This document shows positions 60,242-64,000 of a DNA stretch of 64,000 bases, in pieces. The stretch comes from Sminthopsis crassicaudata. Lineage: Eukaryota. Position 1 is the first letter of the stretch. Each line of letters starts with the position of its first letter. The stretch is taken from positions 362,280,454-362,344,453 of the forward strand of contig NC_133619.1 in the NCBI RefSeq assembly GCF_048593235.1, in the 5' to 3' direction. The notes under the pieces are model-generated. The model made no database searches, was not told the origin of the DNA, and saw nothing but the letters and a program-made list of their open reading frames with translations. Made by a program: the position numbers and the translations under genes.

Positions 60242-60440
60242 GGGTCTAGGTAACACAGTGGATAGAGCTAATCAGGAAGATCTGAGTTCAAATGTTTATT
60301 TAATATGTGACCCTGGGCAAGTCATTTAAACACTGTTTGCCTCAGTTTCCTTATCTCTAATATAAGCTGAAGAAGGAAAAGACAAACGATTGCAATCAAA
60401 AACTCCAAGTAGGGTCAGGAAGAGGTGGATACAACTGAAT
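60242..60440 (+). mobile_element. Mar1-type CORE-SINE
   Basis: cagtggatagagc...ctgagttcaaat...gaccctgggcaagtcattt...gaagaaggaaaagacaaac. Confidence 0.7.
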
Positions 60441-60649
60441 AGTAATAAAATTTGTAATCCCAGCACCAAAGCAAAATGCCTGATACATAGTAGGTATTTC
60501 ATAAATGTTAAGTGACTGCTTCACCCTATCTGTCCATATGCTTGGTCTGACAAGAAGGGAAAATGAATTTTGGTAAAACTTAGCAAAACTGTCTAAAAAA
60601 GAAGAAAGGAGGTGGAGGGAAAGGAGGAGAAAAAGAAACAAGCATTTTA

Positions 60650-60860
60650 CAGCACTTTAAGGTTCATAAAGCACTCTACATGTGTTATTTCATTTGAGCC
60701 TTACAATAAGATTATTAAACAGGTACTCTTACTATCCCCATTTTACTGATGAGAGAACTGAGTTAAAGTGACTTGCCTGGAATTACACAGCTCATAAAAT
60801 AGCCAAGTCCTTGTGAACTTGAGTCCCATGTTCTTTCAATTCCACCACCTAGCAGCCCCA
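60650..60860 (-). mobile_element. MIR-family CORE-SINE
   Basis: agcactttaaggttcataaagcac...cccattttactgatgagagaactgag...ccacctagcagcccc. Confidence 0.75.
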
Positions 60861-61707
60861 TTCAGTTGCCTCTTGCTTTTTTTTTTTAACGCTTCAAGAC
60901 AACCAAGAAATGGTACATAAATTCAAGTGTGGTATTATTCAACTCACTGGAGTATTTAAGGATCATAGGATGTTAGATTTGGATTTGGAAGGAGTTGAGG
61001 TCATCTGGTCTGCTCCCTTCATTTTATAGTTGAGGAAACAGCATCCCTTGGGATCCCAACTTAAACTGATAACAAAAAAACCTAGCAACAACAACAAAAA
61101 TCAGTAATGACCCATCTCCTCTGCTGAGCTCAGCTTAGCACAAGACCCCTTATTTGGCGCTGGATTAGATCATCCAACAGTAGAAAGGACTGAGGAGGCT
61201 GGCTGAAGGGTAAGATCTGTTGGCATTTTAATAAGCAGTTTAACTGGGCTAGCTTCTTACTAGATTGACAAATGATGGCACTTTTCCTGTCAGATATAAG
61301 AGTCATCTTCAAGGCCCAACTGGCATCTCATCTGTGCCTTGGCACTTGGCTAAATGGTTTTAATTAGCACAACAAAAGGAATGTTCACTAGACAGCAAAC
61401 AACCCCAAAGGGATCAGCTGTATTTAATAACTGTCTTGATGGGAGAGCTTAGACTAGCAGAATAGGAGGTGTGGGAGAATATTGGGTTCTACCCTTACTT
61501 TTGTTAGGGAGTGATTTCCAGCAAAGCTCAGCCAGCCTGTCACCTGTTTATTAAGTACCAACTGTATGCTCAACTCTGTGTTAGGTGCTAAGGGAGAGTA
61601 AAAAATAAAGAGAAAATAGAAATATAGACACTGTCCTTGAAGAGCTTATAGTCCTTTTGAAGAGACAAAACATTAACAGCCAAAATGTCCACTTAAAAGT
61701 TAACCCA

Positions 61708-61853
61708 GGGGGCAGCTAGGTGGCGCAATGGATAGAGTACCAGTCCTGAATTCAGGAGGACCCGAGTTCAAATTTGGTCTCAGACACTTAATACTTCCTA
61801 GCTGTGTAACCCTGGGCAAGTCACTTAACCCTAATTGCCTCAGGAAAAAAAAT
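61708..61853 (+). mobile_element. WSINE1-type CORE-SINE
   Basis: ggggcagctaggtggcgcaatggatagag...cccgagttcaaatttgg...aagtcacttaaccctaattgcctcagg(A)n; short TSD ttaaccc at 61700-61706 and 61857-61863. Confidence 0.9.
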
Positions 61854-62148
61854 AAATTAACCCTTTAAGTCTTTGCTGGAAATTACTTACTCTAATTTTA
61901 TGCATAATGCTAACGGAAAAAAAAAAAATCAATAAACCTGAAAACTAAAAGAAAACTTGTAAAATTATCTAACCGCATATTTTATTTTACAGATGAGGAA
62001 GTGGAAGCTAGCTGGATCACATATGGGGAAGAAAGAATAGAAATGAAAAGAAAAATGCTATTAATAGCATTGAGCTTTTGGCCTACAGTGAAGACGATGA
62101 CAGAGAAATTCTAAAAATTAGTTTAAAGAACTCAGAATGTATAGTTAA

Positions 62149-62390
62149 TTGTTGTTCAGTTGTGTCTGACTCTTCACAGCCAGATTTGGGATTTTCTTGG
62201 CAAAGATACTAGAGTGGTTTACCATTCTCTTCTCTAATAATTTTATAGATGAGGAAACTGAGGCAAATATGGTTGAGTTACTTGGCAAGGGTTATATAGC
62301 TAGTAATCAAATGAGGCCAGATATGAACATTCAAAGATGAGACTTTCTCATTTTAGAGCCAGCACTCTTATCCACTATACCATCTGCCTG
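62149..62390 (-). mobile_element. Mar1-type CORE-SINE
   Basis: ttgttgttcagttgtgtctgactcttc...ttttcttggcaaagatactagagtggtttaccatt...gatgaggaaactgaggc. Confidence 0.8.
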
Positions 62391-62399
62391 ATAGTTGAA

Positions 62400-63760
62400 A
62401 AGACAACCTCCATTTGAAGAGCTCCAGTGAAGTAACTCATTTCTCCCTTGGGTAACTCATTCTATATCTGCATAACTCTATTATAAAGCTATGCCTTTTA
62501 TCTGCTTCTCAATAACTTTGTGCACTGATCCTGGTTTTGCTTGCTGGGATCAAAGCAAAACAAAACTTTTCTACATGAAAACTTTTCCCAAACTTAAGGA
62601 CAACTAAGCCCCTCCTCCACCTTAATTATTTTCTTCTCCAAACCAAATAGCCTTGTTTCCAACTGATCCCCATATATTATGGGCTCCATATTCATGGCAT
62701 TTTCCTCCTTTTCCTTATCTGGTTTCTTTTTAGTGTGTCAATGTATGGACTAAAAATATATTGCCAAGAATTGAATACATGAATCCAGATGTGGTCTAAG
62801 GCCAGCCACAAAAGAACTATGATGTGCTTTGTTTTTAAAATTTCAATTCTACTAGTGAAATCCAAGGTCCTATTACTTTGTTGTTTTAACTGCCACATTA
62901 AATTATTGACTAATTCTGGTATGTTAGTCCACTAAATTACTCAGATTTTTATCAAATAAACTGTTGTTTCAGCAACGTATTTGCCATTCCATACTTCTGC
63001 ATCCATTTTCTTTGTATTATGTAAAATTATCACTACTAAATGCCATCTTGATTTAGATTGGGCCCACTGATTTCATCTATAAAAATGATCTAACATATTA
63101 GAATTCCAGTCAAGATTCATGGAATTCAGAAATGTGATAAGCATTGCCATCCATATCCTCAAACAAGTTCCTGATAAAAATATTCAATAGGAATTGGAGC
63201 AAGAACAATGTCTTATGACAATCCTCCCAGTTTCACATTGATTTATTAATCATCACTCTAAGGGTCTGATTATCAAACCTACTCCCAAATCATCTAATCA
63301 CTTTGTATAATCCAGGTCATATGTGTATATTCTGTTTACAAGTCTATCATAATAACCTTTGTCAAATGATCTGATGAAAGCCAAATATAGCATGTCTTTT
63401 GTATTGTGATCTGCTAGTCTAGCAACTCCATCATAAAGGGAAATTTGTTTTTTTCCTGATATACTTTATCCTTAATAACCCCATACTGGCTTCCCTTTTA
63501 AAGAAACAGAATCAGAACCAGAACCAGAACCATGCATTAAAGAATTTTGCCTAGGGATCAAAGTCAAGCCCTCCACTCAGTGCAAAGACTTTACCTTCCC
63601 CTTGTTGAAAAGTTAAGTACCACATTTGTCTATCTTAAGTCCTTCACATCTCCATTTTCTTCACATTTTTCAAAAAATCACCAATAGTAACTCAGTTATC
63701 ACATCTACAGCCTCTTTTAGCACCTTGCAATGTTGTTTATCTAGGCATTATCTAGGATAA
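62400..63760 (-). mobile_element. L3/CR1 LINE relic (3' region and RT fragments)
   Basis: Antisense CR1-like RT sequence (ctttgtcaaatgatctgatgaaagcc...gtctagcaactccatcataaagggaaat...ccccatactgg). Highly degraded. Confidence 0.6.
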
Positions 63761-63824
63761 TATAAAGTGGTGTTTATTCTCTTTGAAATTGGAAAACTTG
63801 GGGGTAAACAAAAATTATCAATTT

Positions 63825-64000
63825 ACATAGTACAGTGAAAGGACTCTGTATAGAAGCCAGAAGACATGAGTTCATGTCCCACATTTAAGACTACCTACAT
63901 AACTAAAGGCAAATCACTTAACTTAATCACTTAATCTATCTCAGTTTCTTCTTTAGTGAAATGAGAAAACTAAACTAGATGACATCTAAGGTCCCTTCTA
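63825..64000 (+). mobile_element. MIR-family CORE-SINE
   Basis: gagttcatgtccc...ggcaaatcacttaac...ctcagtttc...aaactagatgacatctaaggtccctt. Confidence 0.65.

Larger units (their letters stand above)
18683..64000 (-). other. GLI2: GLI2 intron upstream of the exon (intron 2 equivalent), partial
   Basis: Inferred. I did not find the ATG exon (METSAS...) in 18683-64000; this intron is >100 kb in human. Confidence 0.75.

Noticed and set aside
61708-61853. tRNA-like A/B boxes as tRNA genes
   Set aside because: They are the heads of CORE-SINEs, followed by the core and an A tail; no cloverleaf.

Overview
This is AT-rich, CpG-depleted mammalian genomic DNA, not prokaryotic. The repeat content (WSINE1- and Mar1-type CORE-SINEs, marsupial L1 ORF2, MIR, L2, L3/CR1, hAT MITEs) points to a marsupial, probably a dasyurid. 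The only host coding sequence I can support is one 106-nt minus-strand exon at 18577-18682. It encodes (V)[34 protein letters not shown](G), the N-terminal repressor-region exon of the Hedgehog transcription factor GLI2 (equivalent to human exon 3), with canonical AG/GT splice sites. The rest of the window is inferred to be the two large flanking GLI2 introns. These contain about eight L1-derived insertions (several with clear target-site duplications), a solo LTR with a 6-bp TSD, many SINE/L2/L3/MITE relics, microsatellites, two assembly gaps and several repeat-free, CpG-retaining blocks that look like conserved enhancers. I see no demonstrably new biological system. The best leads are: a tail-to-tail inverted pair of young L1s (long dsRNA potential, possible gene conversion), an ORF1-only HAL1-like element, candidate enhancers (perfect GLI site, PBX-HOX motif, perfect DR1), a candidate poison exon and two unexplained local direct repeats. 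Repeat family names are from memory of consensus sequences, and boundaries of old repeats are approximate.
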